Assembly: GCA_003280965.1 (NCBI GenBank)
Contig: QCDI01000001.1
Span: 32,001 to 96,000, forward strand
DNA: 64,000 nucleotides
DNA from: Prochlorococcus sp. AG-355-B18
Lineage (GTDB): Bacteria; Cyanobacteriota; Cyanobacteriia; PCC-6307; Cyanobiaceae
Direction of reading: 5' to 3'
A program made the position numbers and the translations under genes. Under the pieces are notes generated by a model. That model did no database searches. It was not told the DNA's origin and was given only the letters and a program-made list of their open reading frames with translations. Position 1 is the first letter of the stretch, and every line of letters begins with the position of its first letter. Below are positions 20,914-31,188 of the stretch, piece by piece.

Positions 20914-22290
20914 TTAAAGAATGTTTTTTATCGCTTCTTTAAACTCACTTCTTTGTTTAACACCCTGCCATTGTTTTTTTAATAATTTTTCTTTAAAAAG
21001 TTGAACTGTTGGTGTGCCATTGATACCAGCTTGTTTTGCAATATCTTGATCTTTATCAATATCTATTTCAACGCCTAGCACTGCACCATCAAGTTCTTTA
21101 ATTACCCTTTTCAACTGTGGTTTCAAAACATGACATGGGCCGCAGCTTGGAGAACTAAAAATTACTAAGATAGGTTTTTTACTCTCGTGATAAAGTTTCC
21201 TTAATGCATAACTACCTTTTTGCCATTCAGAGTTTGAATCGAAGGTATCTTCATTAACTTCTTCTTCATTAAAATCTGATGAATTAAGTTTTTTTTCTGG
21301 TTCGGGTGTTTCTCTGACTATAGTTTTTGCTAAGTTTTTCTCGGCTAGCCACCTTTCGGTAGCTAAAGCTGCCATGCATCCAGTTCCTGCAGCTGTAACT
21401 CCCTGTCGCCACTCAGAATCAACAACATCACCCGCCGCAAAAATGCCTTCAACAGATGTTTCTGGTCTTCCTGATTTGCAGGCAATGTATCCCTTATTAT
21501 CAAGATCAATTTTGTTATCTAGAAACTTCGTATTTGGTGTATGCCCTATTGCATAAAAAAGACCCTTTATATTGATTTCTCCTTTGCCTTTTTGAGAGTG
21601 AATAGTTTGTATTTTCTCAAGCCATTCAGAACCATCAGCTTTATCAACTTTTGTGTTCCAATGGATTTCTATCTTTGGATTAGCTTTTACTCTATCAACC
21701 ATAGCTGCGCTAGCTCTTAATTTTTCTGATCTAACAATCAAATGCACTTTGCTGCCATACTTTGTGAGGTATGCCGCTTCTTCACATGCAGAATCCCCTC
21801 CTCCTATAACAGCTAATTCTTCATCTCTAAATTGTGGGGTAGCTCCATCACATATTGCACAAGCACTTATTCCTTTACTCCAGAATTTATCTTCATTTAT
21901 CACGCCTAATCTATTTGCACTTGCTCCAGTTGCAATAATAATTGAGTTAGCTTTTATAGTTCCTTCTAAAGTTTTTAATTCAAAGGGATGTGAATCAGTA
22001 TTTATTGAGACGATATCACTTTCGTATAAATTAGTACCCCATCTTTCTGCTTGAGCCTTCATTAGATCCATCAATTCAGGACCTAGCACTCCATCTGGGA
22101 AACCTGGATAATTTTCAACAAATGTTGTGGTCATTAATTGTCCGCCAGGAATGCCACCAGAACTAAATCCTGTTACGAGCAAAGGTTGAAGATTTGCTCT
22201 TGCTGCATATATTGCAGCTGTATAACCTGCAGGTCCAGAACCTATAATTACAACATTTTCTACATTAGAATTTTTGTCTTTATTTTCCAT
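20914..22290 (-). CDS. trxB: Thioredoxin reductase with C-terminal thioredoxin (NTRC-type)
   Basis: GSGPAGYTAA, CAICDG, C-terminal CGPC domain. Confidence 0.95.
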   Translation of the reverse strand: MENKDKNSNVENVVIIGSGPAGYTAAIYAARANLQPLLVTGFSSGGIPGGQLMTTTFVENYPGFPDGVLGPELMDLMKAQAERWGTNLYESDIVSINTDSHPFELKTLEGTIKANSIIIATGASANRLGVINEDKFWSKGISACAICDGATPQFRDEELAVIGGGDSACEEAAYLTKYGSKVHLIVRSEKLRASAAMVDRVKANPKIEIHWNTKVDKADGSEWLEKIQTIHSQKGKGEINIKGLFYAIGHTPNTKFLDNKIDLDNKGYIACKSGRPETSVEGIFAAGDVVDSEWRQGVTAAGTGCMAALATERWLAEKNLAKTIVRETPEPEKKLNSSDFNEEEVNEDTFDSNSEWQKGSYALRKLYHESKKPILVIFSSPSCGPCHVLKPQLKRVIKELDGAVLGVEIDIDKDQDIAKQAGINGTPTVQLFKEKLLKKQWQGVKQRSEFKEAIKNIL

Positions 22291-22369
22291 TTATTTTATT
22301 ATTTCACTTCCAATATTAAACAAGAAACCCAAATAATGTAGGGCGGATTTCACTCGATCGATTTTTTAT

Positions 22370-22594
22370 TTAATCGTTGACTTGCTGGTCTAATAATTTT
22401 TTTAATTCCTTTGGGAAGTTTAAAACAGAATCTTTTAAATTTTCGTTCTTTTCTCCTATGTGTAATATCCACTCTCTAAATTCTTCTGCGATTGCGTAAC
22501 TGTCTTCATATCTTTCTAGAGTATCCATTGCAGAAATTCTATTGGTAGCCCAACAGGTCGCAATGTCGATTCTTTTTCTAATGAAATTGTCCAT
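22370..22594 (-). CDS. Conserved hypothetical protein
   Basis: 74 aa ORF, YEDSYAIAEEFREWI. Confidence 0.6.
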   Translation of the reverse strand: MDNFIRKRIDIATCWATNRISAMDTLERYEDSYAIAEEFREWILHIGEKNENLKDSVLNFPKELKKLLDQQVND

Positions 22595-22748
22595 TTAAAC
22601 TAACAAGTTTAATATACATAAACACATCAAAAGGTATAAGTATTGTCTAAAAAGTTACAACTTTGTACTTCCAAACAATAATTTAACATTTAATTTATAT
22701 TTGAGCTAATTTTTGGACGAATTATAAAGAGAATATAAAGAAATCGTG

Positions 22749-23327
22749 TTAAACTGCCTCGCTATGATTAGCAAGCAGCCTTTCAACTTCGTCAAAACCC
22801 TCTTTAGCTGAATTTATTGCAAGTTCCTCGCTAACTTTTTCTTCTAATACTAATTTTGCGGATATTTTTCTCAAAAGAGTTTCTTTTTTTTCTCTTAATG
22901 AGCTAACAATTTCCTCTTCTATAATAGATTTTATCGCTTTAGAAATTATCTTTTTGTCATTTGCTTCTTCAAATGTACCTTGCACTAATTCCTGAATAAA
23001 TAATCGATGTACTTCACTACTCCTTAAAAAGCTTTCTGTGGCATTGATAATCCCTTCAACTAAAGCTTCATCAGGTTCGGAATCATTTTCTGCCAGTTTG
23101 AATTCCCAATCTAAATGTCTTCTTTGCCAACCAGCGGAGTGGAGACTGGGCATCACTGTTTGTGAGAAAGTATCTACTGACATTTCATAAATTCTCTCTG
23201 CTAATTTCTCGCACCAGTCTTTACCATGCTTTTCTAGATTTTTTTGCATAGCTTGTCTAGGGACAGCATGACCACCATGATGGCTGTGACATACTCCATC
23301 TGGACATTCGATTGCTTTTATACTCAT
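22749..23327 (-). CDS. Conserved picocyanobacterial hypothetical protein
   Basis: CPDGVCHSHHGGH N-terminus. Confidence 0.7.
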   Translation of the reverse strand: MSIKAIECPDGVCHSHHGGHAVPRQAMQKNLEKHGKDWCEKLAERIYEMSVDTFSQTVMPSLHSAGWQRRHLDWEFKLAENDSEPDEALVEGIINATESFLRSSEVHRLFIQELVQGTFEEANDKKIISKAIKSIIEEEIVSSLREKKETLLRKISAKLVLEEKVSEELAINSAKEGFDEVERLLANHSEAV

Positions 23328-23433
23328 TGGATTATTAGTGCTTATATATTCTAGATAGCTATTTTTTGCAAAAAAGAAAATATATTTTTAACAAAAATCC
23401 AAGACTTTTGACTATCTTCAATTTATATTTAGT

Positions 23434-24585
23434 ATGTCTAAAAAAATAAATAAATTGACAAAGATACTTATTCCTTCCGAAACAAGCCCTGGAGAAAGGA
23501 GAGTTTCAGCTTCTCCAGAGGTGGTAAAGAAATTAAAAAGCCTTGGTTGTGATATTTATATTGAAAGTGCCGCAGGAAAATTATCAGGGTTTAGTGACGT
23601 ATCCTATAAAGAGTCAGGGGGAACAATAATTAGTGATTTAGATCAGAACATTTGGAGTGAAGCGGACATAATATTTTGTGTTCAAACCCCTTCTGAGGAT
23701 AATTTAATTAAATTAAAAAAAGGCGCTATTCTAATTGGTCTTCTTAATCCATATGGTAACAAGGATCTTCTTAAGATTATAAATAGCAATAAGATTTCAG
23801 CTTTATCACTAGAGTTGCTTCCTAGAATTAGTAGGGCACAATCTTCTGATGTTCTTTCTTCACAAGCCAATATCGCTGGTTACAAAGCCGTTCTTTTAGC
23901 TGCAAGTGAATTAGATAGATATTTCCCTATGCTTATGACTGCAGCAGGTACGGTTCAACCGGCTAAAGTTGTTGTTCTTGGAGGAGGGGTAGCAGGGTTA
24001 CAGGCAGTTGCTACAGCAAAAAGGCTCGGTGCAATAGTTTTTGTATCCGATATAAGACCTGCTGTTAAAGAACAAGTAGAGTCACTTGGAGCAAGATTTA
24101 TAGAGCTTCCTGAAGTTGACGAAAAACCTGGAGAGGCTGGAGGTTATGCAAAAGCTGTAACTCCTGAATTCCTTTCAAAGCAGAAGGCTACTTTAACTAA
24201 ATATTTATCTGAAGCTGATGTTGCTATTTGTACCGCTCAAGTTTTGGGTAAAAAGGCACCAGTTTTAATAGATACTCCAATGCTTGAAAAAATGAGATCT
24301 GGTTCGGTAGTGATTGATTTGGCAGTTTTGCAAGGAGGTAATTGTGAAGGAACAAAATCAAATGAAACGATTATCAAAGATGGCGTAAAACTTATAGGGG
24401 CTGGTGAATTACCTTCATCAGTTCCTTATGATGCTAGTTCACTTTATGCTAAGAACTTAACATCTTTGATTACACCCTTTATAAAAGATGGTGTAATTAA
24501 ATTAGATAAAGAGGATGAACTCATTTCTGGATGTTTATTAAGCGATGAAGGAGTTATTCTTCAAAATAAAGTTTTTGAAAATTGA
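23434..24585 (+). CDS. pntA: NAD(P) transhydrogenase alpha subunit part 1
   Basis: GERRVSASP, PRISRAQSSDVLSSQANIAGYKA. Confidence 0.95.
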   Translation: MSKKINKLTKILIPSETSPGERRVSASPEVVKKLKSLGCDIYIESAAGKLSGFSDVSYKESGGTIISDLDQNIWSEADIIFCVQTPSEDNLIKLKKGAILIGLLNPYGNKDLLKIINSNKISALSLELLPRISRAQSSDVLSSQANIAGYKAVLLAASELDRYFPMLMTAAGTVQPAKVVVLGGGVAGLQAVATAKRLGAIVFVSDIRPAVKEQVESLGARFIELPEVDEKPGEAGGYAKAVTPEFLSKQKATLTKYLSEADVAICTAQVLGKKAPVLIDTPMLEKMRSGSVVIDLAVLQGGNCEGTKSNETIIKDGVKLIGAGELPSSVPYDASSLYAKNLTSLITPFIKDGVIKLDKEDELISGCLLSDEGVILQNKVFEN

Positions 24586-24597
24586 GGTTTTAAAATT

Positions 24598-24891
24598 ATG
24601 TCTTTTATAAGTCTTCTGTGGGTCCTATTACTAGGTAGTTTATTAGGCCTTGAGTTAATTGGAAAAGTTCCTCCAACTCTTCATACGCCTCTAATGAGTG
24701 GAGCTAATGCAATTTCAGGAATAACAATGTTAGCAGCATTGACTCTAATTGTTAAAGCTGAGGGTAACTTACCACTTTTAATTATTGGTTCTGTTTCTCT
24801 CGGATTTGCTCTTTTCAACGTTGTGGGAGGGTTCTTTGTAACTGATCGAATGCTCGCAATGTTTAGCCGCAAACCATCAAATAAGAAGTAA
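24598..24891 (+). CDS. pntA: NAD(P) transhydrogenase alpha subunit part 2
   Basis: VPPTLHTPLMSGANAISG, VTDRMLAMF. Confidence 0.95.
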   Translation: MSFISLLWVLLLGSLLGLELIGKVPPTLHTPLMSGANAISGITMLAALTLIVKAEGNLPLLIIGSVSLGFALFNVVGGFFVTDRMLAMFSRKPSNKK

Positions 24892-24899
24892 TTTTTAGC

Positions 24900-26339
24900 A
24901 TGAATCTACCCGTAATCATTAAATTCATTATTGATCTTCTCGCTGTACTTTTACTGGCTTTAGGAATAAAAGGGTTATCAAAAGTAAAATCAGCAAGAGA
25001 TGCCAATCGATTAGCTGCGTTTGCAATGTCGCTATCAGTAATTGGATTACTATCCTATTATTTGGGGACTTCTGGAGTTACTATTCAATCTTGGATTTGG
25101 ATAATAATTGGATCAATAATAGGTAGTTTGCTTGGAGCAATCCTTGCAAAGAAAGTACCAATGACTTCTATGCCTGAAACAGTTGCATTGTTTAATGGTT
25201 GCGGAGGAATGTCATCACTTTTAGTGGCTCTAGGAGTAGCTATTTTCCCAATATCAAATAGTTTAGAAAATGTTGATTTCTTCAAGTCACTTATTAACGA
25301 AGTTTCTATATCTGTTTCTATATTTGTAGGTGCCATTACTTTCACTGGTTCAATTGTGGCTATGGCAAAGTTGCAGGGTTGGTTGTCAACTCCAGGATGG
25401 ACTCAGAGTAAAGGTAGACATTTTGTAAATATTGTTTTTGCTGTTGCTTCCTTGATAGCTTTTTTCGATCTAATAAACGGTAATACAAGTTCTATTTGGC
25501 TTTTAGTTGTAGTTTCTTCTCTTTTAGGAATAGGAGTTACTTTGCCAATTGGAGGAGCCGATATGCCAGTTGTTATATCTTTATTAAATAGCTACTCAGG
25601 AATTGCAGCGGCAGCAGCAGGTTTTGTTGTTGATAGTCAGCTTTTGATAGTTGCAGGTGCAATGGTTGGAGCAGCAGGTCTAATTCTTACTCAAGTAATG
25701 TGCAAGGGTATGAATAGATCATTGGTCTCAGTCCTTTTTGGAGGATCTTTATCTGCGCAAAGCACGACCTCTTCTGGATCAGGAGAATATACCAATATAA
25801 CTTCTTGTAGTGTTGAAGAATGTGCGTTGACTTTAGAGGCTGCCAACAAGGTAATAATTGTTCCTGGCTATGGACTTGCAGTGGCTCAGGCCCAACATAC
25901 ATTAAGGGAAGTGACAAAAAAACTAGAGCAAAATGGAATTGAAGTTGTTTATGCGATACATCCTGTCGCGGGGAGGATGCCTGGACATATGAATGTACTT
26001 TTAGCAGAAGCAGACGTTCCTTACGAGCAACTTAAAGAAATGGATGTTGTAAATCCTGATTTTCCAGCAACGGATGTTGTTTTGGTTTTAGGTGCAAATG
26101 ATGTAGTGAATCCTCAGGCAAAAAATGATAGTTCTTCACCTTTATATGGCATGCCAGTCCTTGATGTTCAAGAAGCAAGAACTGTATTTGTAATTAAACG
26201 AGGTATGAGTGCAGGTTACTCAGGAATTAAAAATGATTTGTTTGATCTTCCCAATACCTCGATGGTATTTGGAGATGCTAAAAAGGTCTTGAATGATCTT
26301 ATAGGAGAATTAAAGGATCTTGGAGTTGGAGAAAAATAA
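24900..26339 (+). CDS. pntB: NAD(P) transhydrogenase beta subunit
   Basis: IGGADMPVVISLLNSYSG, HPVAGRMPGHMNV. Confidence 0.96.
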   Translation: MNLPVIIKFIIDLLAVLLLALGIKGLSKVKSARDANRLAAFAMSLSVIGLLSYYLGTSGVTIQSWIWIIIGSIIGSLLGAILAKKVPMTSMPETVALFNGCGGMSSLLVALGVAIFPISNSLENVDFFKSLINEVSISVSIFVGAITFTGSIVAMAKLQGWLSTPGWTQSKGRHFVNIVFAVASLIAFFDLINGNTSSIWLLVVVSSLLGIGVTLPIGGADMPVVISLLNSYSGIAAAAAGFVVDSQLLIVAGAMVGAAGLILTQVMCKGMNRSLVSVLFGGSLSAQSTTSSGSGEYTNITSCSVEECALTLEAANKVIIVPGYGLAVAQAQHTLREVTKKLEQNGIEVVYAIHPVAGRMPGHMNVLLAEADVPYEQLKEMDVVNPDFPATDVVLVLGANDVVNPQAKNDSSSPLYGMPVLDVQEARTVFVIKRGMSAGYSGIKNDLFDLPNTSMVFGDAKKVLNDLIGELKDLGVGEK

Positions 26340-27408
26340 TACTAGATCCTCTCTTTTTTCAGATTTCTTAAAAAATAAGCCATTTCTGGAGGTCTTACCT
26401 TGGATAGGTGGTGATTTACAAACTTTGAGAGATACCTTTGTTATTGATTTTGATAAATCAAAAAAAAATGAAAAAATATTATTTCCAATTAATAAAATTC
26501 TGTCAGAATATTTTGAATGCGATTATCTTCTAGGATTTTTAGAATTACCAGATAAATTAAATACTCTTAAGGGTTTTGTTATCGTTACGCATGGGTTAGG
26601 GGGCTCAACTAAGCGTTTTGGTTTAAGAAGAATTTCTAGAAAATTAGCAAAAAATGGTTTTGGAGTTCTTAAATTAAATCTAAGAGGTGCTGGTCCTGCA
26701 AGATATTTAGCAAAAGGGAATTATTGCGCAAGATGCTCTAGTGATGTTATTTCAGCAATTAAATATTTTAAAAAATTAATAAATTTCGAGTTTAAAGATC
26801 TTATTAAAGAAAAAAATAATCTTCCAATATACGGGGTTGGATTATCTTTAGGTGGAACAATTCTTTTAAATGCCTGCTTAGATTACGAAGAGAACAATGG
26901 AGAAATACTTTTAGATGGCTTGGCATGTGTAAGTAGTCCTTTAGATTTGTCATCATGTAGTCTCTGTATTGAAAAACCTAGAAATTCTTTCTATCAAAAA
27001 TGGCTACTTCACCGATTAAAAAATCAGTTATGGAATGGATTTAATGATGAAGGCAAAATTCTTAATAACAAGAAATTAAGAAAAAAAATTATAGGATTAA
27101 AAACTATAAGAAAATTTGATGAAAAGTTTACAGCTCCTAGTTGGGGATTTAATTCTTTAGAAGATTACTATATTAAATCTTCTCCAATATTTAGAATCCA
27201 TAAATCAATAAAAAAGCTACCTTCAACATTGTTTATTCATGCAAAGGATGATCCTTGGGTTCCACATGAGCCAACTTTGGCTTTAAGTAAAGAATTTATA
27301 GATAAATTTACTATTTTAATAACTAAAAAAGGAGGACATAATGGTTTCCACTCTATTTATGGCTGCTGGTCAGACGAAGCCGTAAAGAATTGGTTTATGA
27401 GTATCTAG
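26320..27408 (+). CDS. YheT-like alpha/beta hydrolase
   Basis: GGDLQT, HGLGGS, GLSLGG, DDPWV, GGHNGF. Confidence 0.85.
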   Translation: MELEKNNTRSSLFSDFLKNKPFLEVLPWIGGDLQTLRDTFVIDFDKSKKNEKILFPINKILSEYFECDYLLGFLELPDKLNTLKGFVIVTHGLGGSTKRFGLRRISRKLAKNGFGVLKLNLRGAGPARYLAKGNYCARCSSDVISAIKYFKKLINFEFKDLIKEKNNLPIYGVGLSLGGTILLNACLDYEENNGEILLDGLACVSSPLDLSSCSLCIEKPRNSFYQKWLLHRLKNQLWNGFNDEGKILNNKKLRKKIIGLKTIRKFDEKFTAPSWGFNSLEDYYIKSSPIFRIHKSIKKLPSTLFIHAKDDPWVPHEPTLALSKEFIDKFTILITKKGGHNGFHSIYGCWSDEAVKNWFMSI

Positions 27409-27745
27409 GACTATCTGAAAATGGTGTTATTTTAAAAATCCACCTTTCTATTGGTTTACCGTTAATGATATGTGAGTAGAAAATTTCTGAAATTCGTTCA
27501 GGAGAAACTTTCTCGTACCAAATACCATCAGGCCAAACAAGTAGAATTGGACCGTTTTTACATATTCTCAAACAGTCAGCTTTTGATCTAAGTATATGAA
27601 TATTTTTTGAAGCAGGATAATTCTCAAATTTTTTTATAGTTTTTTTCAAGCATTGCCATGACTTTTCACCTTCATTACCTTTAAAACATTTCTGTTTAGT
27701 GGGTGTAGCACATAGTAAAAGGTGTTTTTGAATACTGTCTGCCAT
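27395..27745 (-). CDS. Thioredoxin-like 2Fe-2S ferredoxin
   Basis: HLLLC...CLRICKNGPILLVWPDGIWY. Confidence 0.85.
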   Translation of the reverse strand: MADSIQKHLLLCATPTKQKCFKGNEGEKSWQCLKKTIKKFENYPASKNIHILRSKADCLRICKNGPILLVWPDGIWYEKVSPERISEIFYSHIINGKPIERWIFKITPFSDSPRYS

Positions 27746-27901
27746 ATTTAAAATCCTTTACCATTTTAGAATTAGTGAATATTAAACATTGTACAAAAAT
27801 AAAGCTATTACTTCTATGACAAATAGTAAATAGACCTCTTTGCTTTTCATTAATTAACTGTTTTTCTACAATAAGAACGTGAGTAATTTAATAATTTTAT
27901 T

Positions 27902-28240
27902 TTGGAATTTAGAGTTATCGGGTTAAATATAAACTCTACCCCTCCACCTAAAGTTAAAGAATCTAATGCGCGAGCATTAGGAGTAAGTAAAGAATTTTTA
28001 GAAAATGAGTTTAAAGATTCAATTAAAAAAATTAATAGAAATTTATCTTTGCAAATTCAGGACCTATTAAATATTTATGGCCGATATGGATGGGAACATT
28101 ATTATCAAGGACAAATTGGTAACCTTATAACTCTTTATTTCAGAAGGGATAAAAATTTAAATCAATCAGAAGTTGATATTAAATTATCCCCGGAAGAGAA
28201 TGCTATTTTACAATCTCTTGATAGGGATCAAATGCCATGA
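27902..28240 (+). CDS. Hypothetical protein
   Basis: 112 aa ORF, TTG start, LLNIYGRYGWE...LYFRR. Confidence 0.55.
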   Translation: MEFRVIGLNINSTPPPKVKESNARALGVSKEFLENEFKDSIKKINRNLSLQIQDLLNIYGRYGWEHYYQGQIGNLITLYFRRDKNLNQSEVDIKLSPEENAILQSLDRDQMP

Positions 28241-28382
28241 TGTTTAAGTTTTAAAAAAGAAATTAAAATTTACAGCAAAAAAATCTTAGTTTGTAAAAAG
28301 TTTGATTAGTAGTTCTTCTAAGTTTTTAGATTTCTATTGAAAATATACTTCATAATTAATTGAATCTTTTAAATATTCGCTT

Positions 28383-29612
28383 TTACCCAATACTTACATA
28401 TTTTTTCCCTTTTTTGATTTCTTGTTTGACAAAAAGTCTGGCCCAATTATCCACTTCAAGAATATCCTCCAATTCGGGACTCAAATTTAAATTCTCCATA
28501 TGTGATTCACAAGCTTTACTTATAAATGTTGGAATTTCTTGAAAAGAAATTTTTTCTTTAAGGAATTGTTCAACAGCCATTTCATTTGCAGCATTTAGCA
28601 CTGCAGGCATAGTACCAGAAGATTTTCCTGCGGCATAGGCAAGTCCCATGCATGGATATTTAAACTCGTCTGGCTCTTCAAAAGTTAATTTCCCAATTTC
28701 ACTTAGGTTTAATCTTTTCCAATTTGTTTTAAATCTTTCAGGCCAACTCATCGCATATAAAATAGGTAGTTTCATATCTGGCCAACCTAATTGAGCTAAT
28801 ACTGAAGAATCTTCCATCTCAATCATTGAATGAATAATACTTTGAGGGTGGATAACTATTTCGATATTTTCGTAAGAGGTCCCAAATAAATAATGAGCTT
28901 CTATAACTTCTAATCCTTTATTCATAAGAGTTGCAGAATCTACAGTTATTTTTTTCCCCATATCCCAATTAGGATGTGAAGTTGCATCTTCCACTGTGAC
29001 ATGCTTTAAATCCTCAACTGCCCAATCTCTGAAAGCACCTCCAGAAGCTGTTAAATGTATGGCTTTTAAACCTTTAGGTATCTCTCCTGTTGAAAAGTCT
29101 GCATTTTCATAATTGGGTAATCCTTGTAAACATTGAAAGATAGCAGAGTGTTCTGAATCAGCAGGTAAAAGCCTACTATTATTTTTCTTTAATGCAGGAA
29201 TAACAATTGGCCCTGCCGCTATTAAAGTTTCTTTGTTAGCAAGTGCAATATTTTTCCCCGCATTAATTGCTGACATTGTTGGAATTAAGCCAGCACATCC
29301 TACTATCCCTGTTACCACAGTGTCTGCCTTATCCCATGCTGCAACAGCATTAATACCCTCCTTTCCACTCAAAACCAAGGGAGCACTATCCAAATCTAAG
29401 TTTTTAATATTATCTTTTAAATCTTCTATAAGATTTTCATCCTCAATTGCAACTACTTCCGGTTTATGTTTTTTAACTTGTTCGGTTAATAAATTAATAT
29501 TTCTTCCTGCCGAAAGAGCTACGGCTTTAAACTTTTCAGGCAGCTCACTAGCTATTTCGAGAGTTTGAGTCCCAATTGAACCAGTAGAACCCAGCACAGT
29601 AATGTATTTCAA
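28383..29612 (-). CDS. dxr: 1-deoxy-D-xylulose-5-phosphate reductoisomerase
   Basis: [26 protein letters not shown]. Confidence 0.97.
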   Translation of the reverse strand: MKYITVLGSTGSIGTQTLEIASELPEKFKAVALSAGRNINLLTEQVKKHKPEVVAIEDENLIEDLKDNIKNLDLDSAPLVLSGKEGINAVAAWDKADTVVTGIVGCAGLIPTMSAINAGKNIALANKETLIAAGPIVIPALKKNNSRLLPADSEHSAIFQCLQGLPNYENADFSTGEIPKGLKAIHLTASGGAFRDWAVEDLKHVTVEDATSHPNWDMGKKITVDSATLMNKGLEVIEAHYLFGTSYENIEIVIHPQSIIHSMIEMEDSSVLAQLGWPDMKLPILYAMSWPERFKTNWKRLNLSEIGKLTFEEPDEFKYPCMGLAYAAGKSSGTMPAVLNAANEMAVEQFLKEKISFQEIPTFISKACESHMENLNLSPELEDILEVDNWARLFVKQEIKKGKKYVSIG

Positions 29613-29694
29613 TTTTCTCTGATATTTCTAATATCTTCCCATTTAAAGGTGTATTTAAAAAACAAAAATTTCAAATTGGTTTTTTTCTTAAAAT

Positions 29695-31164
29695 TTAGAT
29701 CCTTATCCATGTTGTTATTTCTTTTGATTGATCAATAAGTTCAATACCTTTTTCTTTTAATAAATTCCTAATTTCATCGGCCTTCGTATAATCCTTTTCC
29801 TTTTTTGCTTTCAATCTTTCATTAATTAGCGTAGATATTTCTTCTTCTGTTATTTTACTTTCTTTTACTAAAACCTCTTTTTTAAGACCAAGTACCTCAG
29901 TCAACTTTTCAAGAGTTTTAAAATTCTCAAGTAGAAAGAATTTTTCATTTAGGTCTATTTCAAAACCTTCGACCCTTTGAAATTGGTTTAAAAAGTTTTT
30001 TAATGGTTTTGCTAAATCGTAAATAATCGCAATAGCACCGGCTGTATTAAGGTCATTTCCCAGAGCCTCAGAAAATTGAAACTTTTTTTGAGATAAGTCA
30101 AAGCTTATTTTCTCTTTATATTCTTCTTCGATAGATTCATTTTTATCAATAGATTTAAAAGCACCTTTTGTAAGGTCCATAAAAGAGAGGGCTACATTAA
30201 TGTTTTTCCAAGCTTCTGAAGCACTCCTTAAAGCTTCTTCAGTAAAATCAAGTGGTTTTCTATAATTCACAGTCATAACAAAATATCTCAAAGTCATAGG
30301 GCTTATACCTGAATTAATTAGCTCTCTGATGGTTTTAAAATTTTTAAGGGATTTACTCATCTTTTGTCCATTTACATTGACCATCCCATTGTGTAACCAA
30401 TAGTTCGCTAGCTTTTTGCCATTGGCTGCTTCTGATTGGGCGATTTCATTCTCATGATGTGGAAAAATCAAATCAGAACCACCTAAATGGATATCAATAG
30501 TATCTCCTAATTCATCTTTAACCATCGCCGAACATTCAATATGCCATCCAGGCCTACCTTTACCCCATGGCGAATCAAAAAATGGTTCATCATCTTTTGC
30601 TTTTTTCCATAGTGCAAAATCTTGCGGATTAAGTTTTTTACTATTTTCATCATTAGCCATTCTTCCTTGTTGGTTGATATTTTGTTCTTTTATATTTTGA
30701 TTACTTAGCTTTCCATAATTTTTATTTTTAAAAACAGAATAATAAACATCTCCATCCTTAGAGTATGCATAACCTTTGTCCTCAAGGATTGTTATGAAGG
30801 AGCAGATATTGCATATATGATTCGTTGCTCTTGGCATACTATCCGGACGCATTATTCCTAAAGAATCCATATCTTTATGAAATTCAATAATATTTTTTTC
30901 AGATACTTCCTTCATTGAACTGCTTTCTTCTCTAGCTCTTTTTAAGATTTTGTCATCAATATCTGTAAAATTTTGAACATACTTCACTTTGAAATCACTG
31001 TAAATTAAAAATCTTCTCAATACATCCCAAGCTATATAACTTCTGGCATGCCCAAGATGACATAAATCATAAACAGTTACTCCACAACAATAAATTTTTA
31101 CTACATCATCAATAGGCTTAAAAACCTCAACTCTTTTGCTTAAAGTATTAAAAAGTTTGATCAT
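29695..31164 (-). CDS. cysS: Cysteine-tRNA ligase
   Basis: HLGH, GRPGWHIEC, KMSKS. Confidence 0.97.
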   Translation of the reverse strand: MIKLFNTLSKRVEVFKPIDDVVKIYCCGVTVYDLCHLGHARSYIAWDVLRRFLIYSDFKVKYVQNFTDIDDKILKRAREESSSMKEVSEKNIIEFHKDMDSLGIMRPDSMPRATNHICNICSFITILEDKGYAYSKDGDVYYSVFKNKNYGKLSNQNIKEQNINQQGRMANDENSKKLNPQDFALWKKAKDDEPFFDSPWGKGRPGWHIECSAMVKDELGDTIDIHLGGSDLIFPHHENEIAQSEAANGKKLANYWLHNGMVNVNGQKMSKSLKNFKTIRELINSGISPMTLRYFVMTVNYRKPLDFTEEALRSASEAWKNINVALSFMDLTKGAFKSIDKNESIEEEYKEKISFDLSQKKFQFSEALGNDLNTAGAIAIIYDLAKPLKNFLNQFQRVEGFEIDLNEKFFLLENFKTLEKLTEVLGLKKEVLVKESKITEEEISTLINERLKAKKEKDYTKADEIRNLLKEKGIELIDQSKEITTWIRI

Positions 31165-31188
31165 CTTAAATTAAGTATTTCATAGGGT

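Noticed and set aside
20914..22290. Reductase-thioredoxin fusion as a novelty
   Set aside because: Known NTRC-type architecture in cyanobacteria
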